DNA from: Octopus vulgaris
Lineage: Eukaryota
Assembly: GCA_951406725.2 (NCBI GenBank)
Contig: OX597820.1
Span: forward strand, 26,908,001-26,972,000
Direction of reading: 5' to 3'
Length of the DNA stretch: 64,000 bases
Shown here: positions 1 through 15,182 of the stretch, piece after piece
How positions within the stretch are numbered: position 1 is the first letter of the stretch
How the letters are laid out: each line of letters opens with the position of its first letter
Notes under the pieces: generated by a model
Told to the model about the DNA's origin: nothing
Database searches by the model: none
What the model saw: only the letters and a program-made list of their open reading frames with translations
Made by a program: the position numbers and the translations under genes

Positions 1-330
1 TTGCATTAAGGGAACACGCGTCTATGGAATGCCCAACAAATTCAGAAGCAAAGTCTTATCATCGATGTTTGTGGTGGAACAAAAGGGATCCACCAGCATC
101 ATCTAGAACTACATTATCTTAGATGTGTCATTTCTTTGGTTTTCGTATGGAGGTTAGCCTGTAATATGAAGAGCGAATTAACTACTGTCTCTATAGCAGA
201 TTGAGCTATAATATAGAGGACTTTGCTCTCTCCTTGGCCCAAATATACCAAGGTTGTATGAACATGATTCCAGACATTCAGCTTTGTTCTGAAAAAAAAA
301 ATCAAAAAATCATCGTGTGTCTGTGTTTTT

Positions 331-664
331 CCGGGTTCAGTCCCACTGCGTGGTACCTTGGGCAAGTGTCTTCTACTTTAGCCTCGGGTCGACCAAAGCC
401 TTGTGAGTCGATTTGGTAGAAGGAAACTGAAAGAAGCCCATCGTATATATATATATATATATCTGTGTTTGTCTACCCACCATCGCTTGACAACTGGTGT
501 TGGTTTGTTTACGTCCCCGTATCTTAGCAGTTCGGCAAAAGAGACCGATAGAATAAGTATTAGGCTTACAAAGAATAAGTCATGGGGTCGATTTGTTCGA
601 CTAAAGGCGGTGCTCCAACATGGCCACAGTCACATGACTTAAACAAGTAAAAGAGTAAAAGGAG
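331..664 (+). mobile_element. SINE family A (tRNA-derived, internal microsatellite), 5'-truncated
   Basis: B-box-like GGTTCAGTCCC, body shared with many other copies in the window, internal (TA)n, tail AAACAAGTAAAAGAGTAAAA. Confidence 0.9.
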
Positions 665-887
665 TTTCTGTCTAACTAACCTCCACTCACATCATAAACT
701 CCTAAACAATGTCGGAATACAGTTTTCAGTGATGCCGTCTTTGTTTCTTTCTCTCTGGTTTTGTTTTTATTAATTTCCGGTTGACGGATATAGAATTTTC
801 TTGTAGTTACTACTCAGACATAAACGATAGCGTAACTTCAAGTAGAAATATAGTTCTGAAGTAGATATAAGGTCAAGATGTAGTCCG

Positions 888-965
888 CTTGTTGTTTAGC
901 CGCGAGTAAGCTCTGAATGAGTTAAGGGCACGATCTACGGGCATTCCAGCCATGACCTGCTCCAG
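888..965 (-). mobile_element. Degenerate SINE 3' tail fragment ending in (AAC)n
   Basis: Minus strand reads GGTCATGGCTGGAATGCC...GCTAAACAACAAG; resembles a recalled octopus SINE tail. Confidence 0.4.
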
Positions 966-1051
966 ATGCTATACCCAGGAGGTCAGGTTATCTAATGTTT
1001 AGATACGGAAGTTTCGGAACGTATAATGCATGTTATGTTATGTTATATTAT

Positions 1052-1266
1052 TGTATGTATGTATGTATGTATGTATGTATGTATGTATGTATGTATGTAT
1101 GTATGTATGTATGTATGTATGTATGTATGTATGTATGTATGTATGTATGTATGTATGTATGTATGTATGTATCAATGTATTTATGTATGTATGTATTTAT
1201 CTATGTATTTATGTATGTATGTATGTATGTATATATGTTTGCATGTATGTATGTATGTATGTATGT
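1052..1266. repeat. (TATG)n microsatellite
   Basis: Direct inspection. Confidence 0.98.
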
Positions 1267-1267
1267 A

Positions 1268-1400
1268 AAGGCGCGTAGCTTAGTGGTTACGGTATTCGGC
1301 TTACAATCACATGGTCGCGAGTTCAGTTCCCGGCAATGCATCGTGTCCTTGAGCAAGATATTTTATTGCATATTACACCAATTCAATCAGCTGGCATTAA
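1268..1400 (+). mobile_element. Degenerate tRNA-head CORE-type SINE fragment
   Basis: A box TAGCTTAGTGG, B box GAGTTCAGTTCC, then TGTCCTTGAGCAAGATA core-like motif. Confidence 0.7.
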
Positions 1401-1597
1401 GGGTCTATATATAAAATAATGTAGGTGGCTTATTAGCCATTGAAATCTTGGTAAATTTATAAACGCCACTAACGTGACAAGGGAGTTTTCTCTCACTATA
1501 GTAGGGAGCTCTGTTTCCTTCGTCAACTTAAGTCAGTACTTTTTGACTCTTATTTTTAGCAATGCCGGTACCACTTTGTACCTTTGCCACCTTAATG

Positions 1598-2036
<439 letters not shown>

Positions 2037-2454
2037 AGGTTAGAAATCAAAGATAAATTCTATCTCAGGGAAGACCCGACTTCCTAATAGTGTTAGAATA
2101 AGAGGAAATATGCACAGACAAATATAAATAGAACAAAGTTGAGTAAGGTGTATGAAGCAATCAATAGTCAGCAGTGAGGGTTGTATAAAAAATAGCAGTG
2201 TCTGCTTTTTATATGACCCGATTTTGAAATCTTGAAAGGAACTCAAATTATAGTACAGGCCCACATGCGCACGCATACACACACGAACACACCCATACGA
2301 ATTTGTATGTATATGAATATATGTATATGTATGTATGTGTCTATCTGTATATGTATATATACACACATTTATGTACATTTATACACAGATACAAACACAC
2401 ACATGTGTATATACATATATACATACATATATATACATACATACATACATACAC

Positions 2455-2487
<33 letters not shown>

Positions 2488-2519
2488 TATATATATGTGT
2501 CAGTAAGTATGTCTGAAAG

Positions 2520-2554
<35 letters not shown>

Positions 2555-2559
2555 GTATG

Positions 2560-2591
<32 letters not shown>

Positions 2592-2722
2592 TATACACAT
2601 GTGTGTGTTTGTATCTGTGTATGAATGTACATAAATGTGTGTATATATACATACGTATACATACGTATGTAAATATATGAATGCATTGATATGTATACAT
2701 ACGTATATAAATATGCTGAACA

Positions 2723-2966
2723 GGGACCCCCTTCGGTCATGACTGACTATGGGATTACACCTAGAAAGTTACCCTCCCAGGCACAAGTCCGGGCAAAATT
2801 GTTTATGGAAGACCAGTAGTCGCCCATGCATACCGGCCTCCCCTCTCCACACCACCAGTGTTATCCAAGGGAAAGGCAAAGGCTGATACAGCTTGGCTCC
2901 TGTAACGTCGCAATTCATTTCTACAGCTGAGTGAACTGGAGCAACGTGAGATAAAGTGTCTTGCTC
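2723..2966 (-). mobile_element. SINE family D (CORE-type), head missing
   Basis: Minus strand TGAGCAAGACACTTTATCTCACGTTGCTCCAGTTCACTCAGCTG core; 3' part matches 43572-43767, ending GACCGAAGGGGGTC. Confidence 0.85.
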
Positions 2967-3370
2967 ATCATAACTAATACAATAGTTTAAGGCGAGTTAA
3001 AAATCTTTTAACGATTATGCTATTATTTTGGTATTAATAAAGATTTTCTTAATAGATTGGTTTTTTAAACTCGCCTTAAACGATTGTACTTGTTAAAAAA
3101 TCATTCTCATGATCTCTTGCTGCCTACTCAAAGCGCACACAAAAATAAAACGGCACCAGATTTAGTTGTTCATTTATTCAGAAGCCGGCACCCGAGAAGT
3201 TTTGAAAATAGTAATGTTTATTGGAAAGTTATTGCTTGAAACTAAATATGAAATAACTAGTATTGAAATGTGAATATTCTTTAGGAAATCACGAATAAAA
3301 TCGAATAGAATCGCATCTTCAAATTTTTTATGTCTGAAAGAAAATCTTGTTTCGTCATATACATATACAT

Positions 3371-3422
<52 letters not shown>

Positions 3423-3473
3423 ACATGTATCTAAACATCTATAAATGTATATATATATGTGTATCTATACAAC

Positions 3474-3527
<54 letters not shown>

Positions 3528-3569
3528 GGCATAATATATACATATATACGCATATGTTTATATGTATAT

Positions 3570-3626
<57 letters not shown>

Positions 3627-4285
3627 CGCATATATGCATATAAAGGTATATGTGTTTGTATATGTACTTATGGTGTTTTTTAGACTCTTGCCAACAACCA
3701 TAACTTGTTATTCCAAATTTATTTGGCACCTTAAAACATCGTCTTTTAAAGATGACTTAAAGAGTTGTTCCGCGCCGAAAAAAGAAAAAAGAAAAAAAGA
3801 AAAAGAAAAAAATTAAACCAAGAATGCAATCCTGTATTGCCGATATATGAATTTGTGTCAAGGTTTCAGATCTTGATTTGTTTTTTCACAATATATTGAT
3901 ATATATGTGTGACCCATTTTCACAAAAATAAAATAAAATAAAATAAAATGAAATATAATAAATCACGTTCTCTCAACGCGTTATCCTCCTCATCAAAAAA
4001 ATTTCATGTGTAGAATTATTTTGCACTATATAAAGGAAGTTAGGTGCTGAGTATCGACTGATAAGGAAAGGCAACATGTTGAAGAATAAATATTTATATG
4101 TTATGTCGTATATCAGTTATTTATTTGTATTGATAACCTTTTAACGCTGTATCTGACGTTAGTTTCTTCTGTTTTCTGTTTTATCTCTACGCCACCAGAC
4201 ACAGTAACACACTTGGTTACCCTAATGGTTTTAAGAGAATCTCTTTCAAAGATCTGTTTTACATCAAGTCTTTGAAAATTAACGT

Positions 4286-4475
4286 CAGGCACAGGCATGG
4301 CGGTGTGATTAAGAAGCTCACGTTGCAAGCATGTGGTTTATAGCCCAGGTCCACTGAACGGAATGAACTTTAGGCAAGTGTCTTCTACTTACAGATCCGA
4401 GCCGACCAATGTCTTGTGAGTGAATTTGGTTCGGGAAAACTGTGTGGAAGCCGTCATAAACAAATAAATAAATAA

Positions 4476-4526
<51 letters not shown>

Positions 4527-4808
4527 TAGCAGTATCGCCCGGCGTTGCTCGGGTTTGTAAGGAAATAACTATATAAGCATTTTTAGAGAGTTACTTCCCT
4601 TATATAATAGCAAAAAATGCATTAACAATGGGAAAAAATGATGGTAAATTTCTTTTAAAATCGTAGACGCGCGCTAATACACAGAAGGGCTCGATATGAA
4701 TCACGACTATAAGATACCCGCTTTTGGTTAAACTGCACCGCAAAATGTGGGAGTAGTTAGGAATCTAAATCGTAGGAGACAGACACACAACTTCACTTTT
4801 ATATATAA

Positions 4809-4860
<52 letters not shown>

Positions 4861-5092
4861 ACATATATCTATATCTCTCTCTCTATATATATATGCTTGT
4901 TTGTGTGTGTGTATGTCGTTGTGATTGTTCATCCTACCTGTTGGTATGTTTGTATCCCTGTATCTTAGCGGCTCAGCAAAAGAAACCGATAGAATAAGAA
5001 ACATTTTTCAAAAAATAAATAACCGGATCGACTTTTCGACTAAAATCTTCAAGGCAGTGTTCCAGCACGGCCACAGTCCAATATTTGAAACA
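4286..5092 (+). mobile_element. Older SINE A copy with a Helitron nested in its microsatellite
   Basis: Head GGCACAGGCATGGCGGTGTG at ~4287; 3' half resumes at ~4900 (CTTAGCGGCTCAGCAAAAGAAACCGATAGAATAAG). Confidence 0.8.
4526..4811 (-). mobile_element. Non-autonomous Helitron
   Basis: Minus strand starts TCTTTATATATAAAAGTGAAGTTG and ends with CCCGAGCAACGCCGGG hairpin plus CTAG; inserted between A and T, no TSD. Confidence 0.88.
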
Positions 5093-5762
5093 CCCAGATA
5101 CTCGTACATCATTTTATCGACCCTGGAGTGATGAAAAAGTAAACTTATTTTCGGCGGCATTTGAACTTAAAGCATTATGAACTAGAAGAAATACCGCAAA
5201 GTATTTTTACCGACGCTCAAACTGTTCTACCACCTTGTCATGTCGATGATAATAAAAATAGTTCTTTCTAATTTTGGCGCAAGGCCAGCCAATTTAGGGG
5301 AGGAGGAAGTCAATTACCTCAATCCTAATGCTGAACTGGTACTTATTTTATCAATGGTAACAGAAATAATGGAAATCAGACACATCTAACATGACTGAAA
5401 ACGGGTCAGCAAGATGATTCGAACTGCTCATCACAATGACAACACAAGAAGTGTATTTTTTAATCTTGTAGTGCTTTGTCAAGGTGCGTGGTTTAGTGGT
5501 TGGGGAATTCGGCTATAATAGAAGACACTTGCGCAGTAGGACAGAATCCGGAACCCTGTGGTCAGGAAGCAAGCTTCTCACCACACAACCACGCCTGCGC
5601 CTACACACACACACACACACGTCTAAATAATGGCTATTACATATCTTTCTTTATTGCAGTAAATTTGACTTACAACTATTTTCATAGGTCATTGTTGGTT
5701 CGTTAGGTTTACGCATTGAACGGCCTAAAATGTTAATGCTTCTTTCGTCAGAGCCATTCTTG

Positions 5763-5824
<62 letters not shown>

Positions 5825-5837
5825 TTTCACACACACA

Positions 5838-6070
5838 TGAGCTTAGTGATTAGGGTGTTGGACTCACAATCGATAGGTCACGATTTCAACTCCTAGACCG
5901 GGTGGTGCGTTGTGTTCTTGAGCAAAACACTTCCCAGAACGTTGCTCTGTGATCACTTCGACACCTGACGTGTGGTACACCTGTGCACCTGTTCAGACAA
6001 CGTCGATTTGATGTAGAGAGTGAGCGAATGGGTGGCAGCATGAACAGTTGACCACTACAATACAAATAAT
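5838..6070 (+). mobile_element. tRNA-head CORE-type SINE, degenerate
   Basis: GCTTAGTGATTAGGGTGTTGGACTC head; GCGTTGTGTTCTTGAGCAAAACAC core. Confidence 0.7.
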
Positions 6071-6129
6071 TTGTGAACGTCTTTCGGCAAAAGCTGAACG
6101 CTCGTATGTCGTCTTCGACGGATGTATGT

Positions 6130-6870
<741 letters not shown>

Positions 6871-7491
6871 TAAATGAAATAAAGAAAGGAAAATAAGAAT
6901 TCTCATTTGCAAGCAAAACAAAAGAAAAAAAAAAAACGAAATGCTGACGATCAATCGAAAGATGTATTTAGACGTAAGAAACAGCATTTGTAGAAACAGA
7001 TATGATAATCAATCTCTCATGTCAGACAAGGCGAGCTAATAACTTATCGAAGTGCTTCCCCAAGAGTGAATGTAATCTCAGAACAGCTTAAGTAGGACGT
7101 AAATTTTCAACTCAGTCTGAATTGTAAAACACCTCTATTTTTCACCTTTGGCTGGTTCTGAATCCAATACAAGACATCAACCGATTCAATAATTTAACTT
7201 GGCATAACAGTTCACTGTCCATCTTTCGATCTTTCCTTTTTTTTTTTGCAATCAGTTTAGACAACGAATCAGACATTTTAATATTTTAGCCTATGTTTTT
7301 CGCATCATATTATATGTTTGAGTCTAGGTGACAGGAGAGTGCATCGAATATCTTTCATAGACATGTCATTTGAACAAGGAGACAAGGAGACGTCGAATGA
7401 AACGTCAGTCCTGTGAATAACAATCATCTGTGTGTGTGTGTGTATGTGAGTGTTCTTGTGTATGTGTGTATATATGCGTTTGTACGTGTGC

Positions 7492-7546
<55 letters not shown>

Positions 7547-7623
7547 ATATGTATATTATCTATCTATCATCTGTTTAATAGAATTCATATATAATGTAAT
7601 ATATGTATATATATATAGAGAGA

Positions 7624-7673
<50 letters not shown>

Positions 7674-7787
7674 ATGTCTGTATATTATATCTAGATATAT
7701 ATGTTTAACTATGTATATTATGCCTGTATATTATCTATCTATCCAGCTATCTATCTATCATCTGTATAATAGCATACATATACAATT

Positions 7788-7844
<57 letters not shown>

Positions 7845-8779
7845 GTGTGTGTGTCTCTGTATGTGTGTGTGGTTAATGTAATAGCCATGAAAGTAATGTT
7901 TATCAAATCATATCTTGCAAAGTGTGTTGTTATCATGACAAAGTGCCAAAATATCTTTGCTTCAGCGAATATAATTGAAAATATTTGAAAGCGAAATGGT
8001 TCACCTTTTCAGGTTTTTAATGTCTGACAACATCCCGATTATTGGTTTCCTCGAAGCAGACATAGATCTGTTATATTTTGCCAGAAGTTCATGAAGAAGA
8101 ATCAATTATTTTGTTGGAGAAGAGAAAGCTACACTTTTCAGCAGAATCCTAGTATTTATTATATGCTAATAGAGACCATTGTTTCTCTACCAGGAATCTA
8201 CAATTTCATTATTACATTACAAAGTTTATGTGTATGTGTATATGTGTGTTTGCGTATGCCCGTACGCGCGTGTGTGTCCAAACAACCGCATCTGGTAGAG
8301 ATGACCTAATTGGGTACTGCCAATGTTTTGAGGCATGTGAAACCATCGTTCCCAGGTCTACTAGTGTAGTAGAACTTGCCAAATTCCAAGCTGTGTCACG
8401 GAGGAAGGTTCCCCCACTGTCACTCCATCGCATCCAGGACAGATGAAGCTCTTCAGCTCTTAACATGATAACTACTAGACTTGTGGTACTTGCTGCACCG
8501 GACTAATACAAGCTTGAAGTTCGAGAGAGTGGGACTGGCTTTGCACAAACCATTCTCACCATGATAATACTCATCATACATATTGTTCAAAAAGTGAAGA
8601 GACCAACATCAACACCAATACATTTTCTTCAAAGTTCAGTAGTGATAGAGAAAGAGGCGCCCGTAAAAGGTAGAGGATGCAACTAGATGTCTTTGCTAGT
8701 GACTAACTGAAAGTGTAAGAATATTCGACTTCAGAGAGGTAAGTGAACAAGTGTGCAAATAATGTCTTGAGACCGATGA

Positions 8780-8950
8780 TAAGGCAGTGAGCCCCTTGTG
8801 GGTAGTAAAGAAATAGGTAAGGCAGTGAGCTGGCAGAATGCTTAGCGGCATTTCATTTGTCTTTATGTTCTGAGTTCAAATTCCGCGGAGGTTGATGTAA
8901 TTGACTTATCTTCTGAATTTGCTGGCGTTGTACCAAATTTTGAAATCAAT
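8780..8950 (+). mobile_element. Degenerate SINE B with a 25-nt tail module inserted at its head (13-bp TSD)
   Basis: TAAGGCAGTGAGC at 8780-8792 and 8818-8830 flanks CCCTTGTGGGTAGTAAAGAAATAGG. Confidence 0.8.
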
Positions 8951-9204
8951 GTTTTGAATTTCTTCAATTAAAGAAATCAACCGTATATTTTCTAGTTAAA
9001 ACCTTAAATTATATGCACTTAAAAATGGTGTACATTTGCTAAGGTGCTTAGTATGGTATCTAGGCAATGGTTACTCGCATAGATGTACAAATACTTTGCA
9101 GAGAAAGACAAGATTTGCTCGCTCCACACATGCATAGCCACAAATTATCGGGAAAATTGATCAATGGCTTGGTGTAGATATCACCACAAGATTCAATCCT
9201 TGTT

Positions 9205-9490
9205 GCAGTGTGGTGGTATGTGTGTCTCATTAAGCCTAAAAGCTCTGCCAGCGGAACGCAAGCTCCTGCTAGGGCCTCCCATGTTGAACAGGTTAAAGGA
9301 TAGAGGCTAGACTTTTATGGACGATCTCTTCATAGAGGTAAAATAGCTTTTGCATTGGATAGCCAGCCTTACCCTAGAAAACAGTAGTGTTTCGGAAGCA
9401 TGGATGGCAATTTCAAACCAAGAAAACATAGTTGAAAACAGCCGAAAGTCATCGATGGTTTATGCTTCATAAAGAGTGAAGGCCAAATAA
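9205..9490 (+). mobile_element. Short RTE-derived bipartite element (5'UTR-like part joined to 3' end)
   Basis: GCTCCTGCTAGGGCCTCCCATGTTGAACAGGTTAAAGGATAGAGGCTAGAC resembles RTE 5'UTRs; GATGGTTTATGCTTCATAAAGAGTGAAGGC resembles RTE 3' ends (recalled similarity). Confidence 0.5.
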
Positions 9491-10445
9491 AAAAAATGTA
9501 AAAACAAAAGTAAAACAATTAAAGGAAGTATACTGTAGATGACCTAATGTTGTCTGAGACAACAGACGAATATTAAAATTAAAAAATAAAAATAAAATAG
9601 CAACAACAACAACAATAAAAGCGACAGAATGGACAGAAGCAAGGAAATTGCAGAGATTGCAATAAAGATTTATTTATTTTTGTAACTAATCGAAATTATA
9701 CGTGGGCAAACATAATTATATAACTATTAATGAACTTTATAACTGAAAATATTTATCATGATCATAAGGGAAATATGATTAAATAGTAAAGCAACGGTTG
9801 CGTGATATTTTTGAAACAATATCTACAACGCATTTTTGTGGTTTAAAACCTCGTTTACGTAAACAGAGACAAAACAACTAATTTTGATTCTAAAAAAACT
9901 TAGGAGTTAAAATGCCTTAAGTTCAGGTAATATCTTCCTTTTCATCAGTGACTATCCATACAGAGTCCCTTCTCAGTTTATATCATAACAGCTTCCATTT
10001 TTATTATATACCTCTGAATACTCTCATACGCTTTGCTTTACATTTTCTCTATGTCATAGTTTTATTATAACAACGTTTTATTATAACATAGTTTTATCAT
10101 AATAACGAATCATTTCTACTCTTTACTTGCGTTCCTTGCGCTTTTTATAAATCTATAGAAGAACAGGTACTGTTATTATCGCCTATGAATGACCTCTCAT
10201 ATCAAATAATATTTAGATAATTTCATATATGTTCTATAACATAAATTTAAAATTCCATTATACCTTCATTCAAGCCTTCAAATTGACTTATATTCATCTT
10301 TTCTGCCTTGTTATCAACGATAAACTCTTACGAATTGTTAATTGCTATACATCATGCTTTCCCCCAGTTATATATATATATATATATATATATACTTATA
10401 CATACACATGTGTGCACTCACATGTATAACAAAACATATATAACG

Positions 10446-10730
10446 AAACAAAACAGACTGTTATAAAATATTTTGTTACATTATCATGCGTATGTTTCTT
10501 AACAATGAAGGATTGTCAGTTATATAACATAAATTATGTAATCAAATTGCATTGTCAAATCTTCAGAGATGTGTAACTTTAATTAAGGATGAGAGTTAAG
10601 CATCTCTGAATATTTAGCAATGCAATTTGATTACTTATTTTCCGTAATATAACTGATAAGCATTCTTTGTTAATGAAACGTACGCAAGATGATGTAACTA
10701 AATATTTTATATACGATCTCGTTTTGTTTT
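10446..10730. repeat. Old ~285-bp imperfect palindrome (MITE-like foldback)
   Basis: GTAATCAAATTGCATTG pairs with CAATGCAATTTGATTAC; TTCAGAGATG pairs with CATCTCTGAA; arms ~130 bp. Confidence 0.8.
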
Positions 10731-10905
10731 CTGTATGTTCTCAGTGACATATTAGCGACATATTCAACTACAGATTCCACACAAATGATACCGTGGACTT
10801 ACAATAGGGGACCTCCTCACGTTTTTTCTTCAGGCACCTGAGAAATATATATGAAGATCTAAACATACTCAATACTGATTATTTGTCGTGCAATTTAAAT
10901 TACAC

Positions 10906-10974
<69 letters not shown>

Positions 10975-11162
10975 TTATACACACATATATATATACATAT
11001 ATACATACACACACACACATATATATATACATATATATATATAAAGGCCAACTTGCATTATACACACTCACACATACACAGACACACAGACACACATGCA
11101 CACACTCAAGCACAGAACACGTAATATACACATTCATAATACATAAGTATACATATACATAC

Positions 11163-11226
<64 letters not shown>

Positions 11227-11772
11227 ATGTGTATGCGTGTGTATGTGTGTGTGTGTGTATGCACGCATGAAGCTTACGGCAATATTCTCAAGTAAACAAA
11301 GAAAGGGTTATATGCGACGAACTGATAAAAACACATCTAAAAAAACATTAAAAAAAAAAATCGAACTCCGAATCAAAGAGAATCACGAAGTCATGAACCG
11401 TTTCAGTGATCAGAGTAACACGAATCATAAAAGAAAAATCGCTGTAAAGGAAGAACTGATGCCTGCTTTGAATTTATATTCTAATAACGATTGGTTTGAT
11501 TAATTTTTTTTTAGCACTAAAGAAAAAAAATGTTCAACGTTGTACTTCAAGGTCGTTAGCAGATTTAAACATTTTAATTAACAGGGTGAAATCATTTGAA
11601 ATACTTCGAATATTAAAAATCATATCTGTGATATATGATAAGACCAAATGTGCATCGACAAAATTGTATGTATGTATGTATGCATTGGTTTACACACAAC
11701 ACGTATATACAATTTGCCCCTCACATATACACGTATGAATATATATATCTACATTTATTATATATGTCCATG

Positions 11773-12776
<1,004 letters not shown>

Positions 12777-14134
12777 AAAGGAAAAAAATAATAATAAGGC
12801 AGAATGCTAAACTGAAAGCAAATTTTAATATAAATGGGTGTAAGAAAGATTAAAAAGGATTTCAAACCAGCTCTCATTGCATGGCAAATTTCCAAGATAA
12901 GTCGAATATATATACATATATATATATATATACATATATATACGTTTCACACATGCCTACACACATATATAAAATATATATATGATGAGTATATATATAT
13001 ATATAACCAGTATATACATATATCTGTTCACATCATATTTACATCTTACAAAAGGAAAAGCAAGCTGACTAGTTTCGAATTTTCGCCGATGGTATTGTCT
13101 GATTGTAAAAACCTATTTAAACCTAATAATTTCATGTCGAGCCGTACAATGACTTGCTTGCAAGTAAATCTTTAAAATTCACAACCTGTGGAACTTTTAC
13201 GAAAGCTTAACTGATTTAGTACATACATGTATTTATATCGTGATCATGTAGGAACAGACTGTGCCTTGGGAGGAACATATAAAAGGGCCTTATGAAAGTG
13301 AGTTCACAAAATACCAAGTACTGGTAAAGTAGTGCAGAAGTGAGGCTGGCGGCAGGTTGCGATCAGCTGAAGTAGGCTATCAGAGGTCGTGGTGTGTTCA
13401 ATCTGTTAAGCTCTGAGTTACTGGTGCTACAATGTTGAAGGCATACATTCTATCAACGACACTGTAGAGATGGTCATTAGATGGTTTCGAAGAAGGAGGA
13501 TAGGATAGTGGTCTGTTGCTCTTGTAATGCAAATTGAGATTTGATCAATTCTGACTGAGTTAATTGGGCGAGGAGTGTCGAAAGATGAAAGACTGAATCA
13601 TTCGAAGATCTTCGAAACATCACTGTTGATGTTTCCTCACTTGAGCATCTGTTTGTTGTATCTTGGAACTACTAGTTCTTGCGGTTGGACTATTTGTGTG
13701 GGCGAAGAAAAGAAGTTTAGGCTAGCGGGAACACATAGGATGTGAGTGATGAAGCTGTTTGAGCAGCTGGAGCCAAACCAGAATTACTTCACTATTTCTT
13801 AGTTAAAACAAATAAACAAATAATTTGTCGTTTAAATACTGTTAGTAGAGAAATATCATGGTGGGAAGTTGGGGTTGGCTTTGAAGAACTGATTAAGAAG
13901 CCCAAGATGAACACAATAAATAAAAACATATTCACGGAAACATAGTTTTATATACTTTTCTATATACCAAGATACATACAAGTATTTACGCAAATACGGA
14001 ATCATATGCTTGTTTCTCTCTCTCCCTCTCTCGCTGCAGACACATACATACACAGAGATATGTATATATTTGTGTAGTCACAGACACATATGTATGTGAT
14101 ATCTGTGTACACAAACTCACACATGTGTTTGTGT

Positions 14135-14186
<52 letters not shown>

Positions 14187-14189
<3 letters not shown>

Positions 14190-14415
14190 TTTATTCTTTT
14201 ATTTGTTTCAGTCATTTGACCTCGGCCATGCCGGAGCACCGCTTTTAGTCGAGCAATTCGAGCAATTCGACACCACGACTTATTCCTTGTAAGCCTAGTA
14301 CTTATTCTATCGGTCGTTTTTGCCGAACCGCTAGGTTACGGGGACATAAACACACTAGCATCGATTGTCAAGCGATAATCAGGGGACAAACACAGACTCA
14401 CAAACATATACATAT

Positions 14416-14420
<5 letters not shown>
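14187..14420 (-). mobile_element. SINE A 3' half
   Basis: Matches family A tail and body; small internal duplication CGAGCAATT x2. Confidence 0.88.
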
Positions 14421-14506
<86 letters not shown>

Positions 14507-14744
14507 AATACATATATATATATACATAAATATATATATACATATATATATACATATATATATACATGCATACATATATATATATATATATATACATACA
14601 CGCACAAGCATCCATGTATATATATATATATATATACACGCACATGCATCCATATATATATACATATATTTCCCCCAAAAAGAAAAGCTTTACTTTTTAA
14701 TCTGTCCCGTTTGTGTGCAGCCCTATGTGGCTAATAAAGAAACA

Positions 14745-14791
<47 letters not shown>

Positions 14792-14795
<4 letters not shown>

Positions 14796-14982
14796 GGAGA
14801 GAATTCACAAAAAACAAAAGACGAAGACTGGTAGTGTGGACATCAAACAGATGTATTAGTGTAACGCCCAGGAAGTGAAAAAATCTTTAACGTTTAGAGC
14901 CTACGCTCTTCCACAGAAAGGAACGCAGACACAAACAAGGAGAGAAAATAAAGAACGTGTAATGGCTAGCAATCTTTCATGG

Positions 14983-14985
<3 letters not shown>
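14792..14985 (-). mobile_element. Penelope-like pLTR fragment in (TA)n
   Basis: Hammerhead-like CTGTGGA-AGAGC-GTAG-GCTC-TAAAC on minus strand; (TA)n on both flanks. Confidence 0.55.
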
Positions 14986-15040
<55 letters not shown>

Positions 15041-15043
<3 letters not shown>

Positions 15044-15118
15044 TCAGGTGCTGCTATTAAGTTAGACAGGGCCTGGACCAATCTTTGGTCGAAACATATC
15101 TAAGTTTTATCTAAGTTT
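15041..15118 (+). mobile_element. 3' tip of a CR1-clade LINE related to the 25.4-26.4 kb copy
   Basis: CAGGTGCTGCTATTAAGTTAGACAGGGCCTGG matches CAGGTGGTGCTATTAAGTTAGACATGGCCTGG at ~26368; tandem TATCTAAG tail. Confidence 0.8.
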
Positions 15119-15182
15119 ATATATATATATATATATATACAGACGCATATATAGGAATCATTATCGCCGTATAAATATATAT

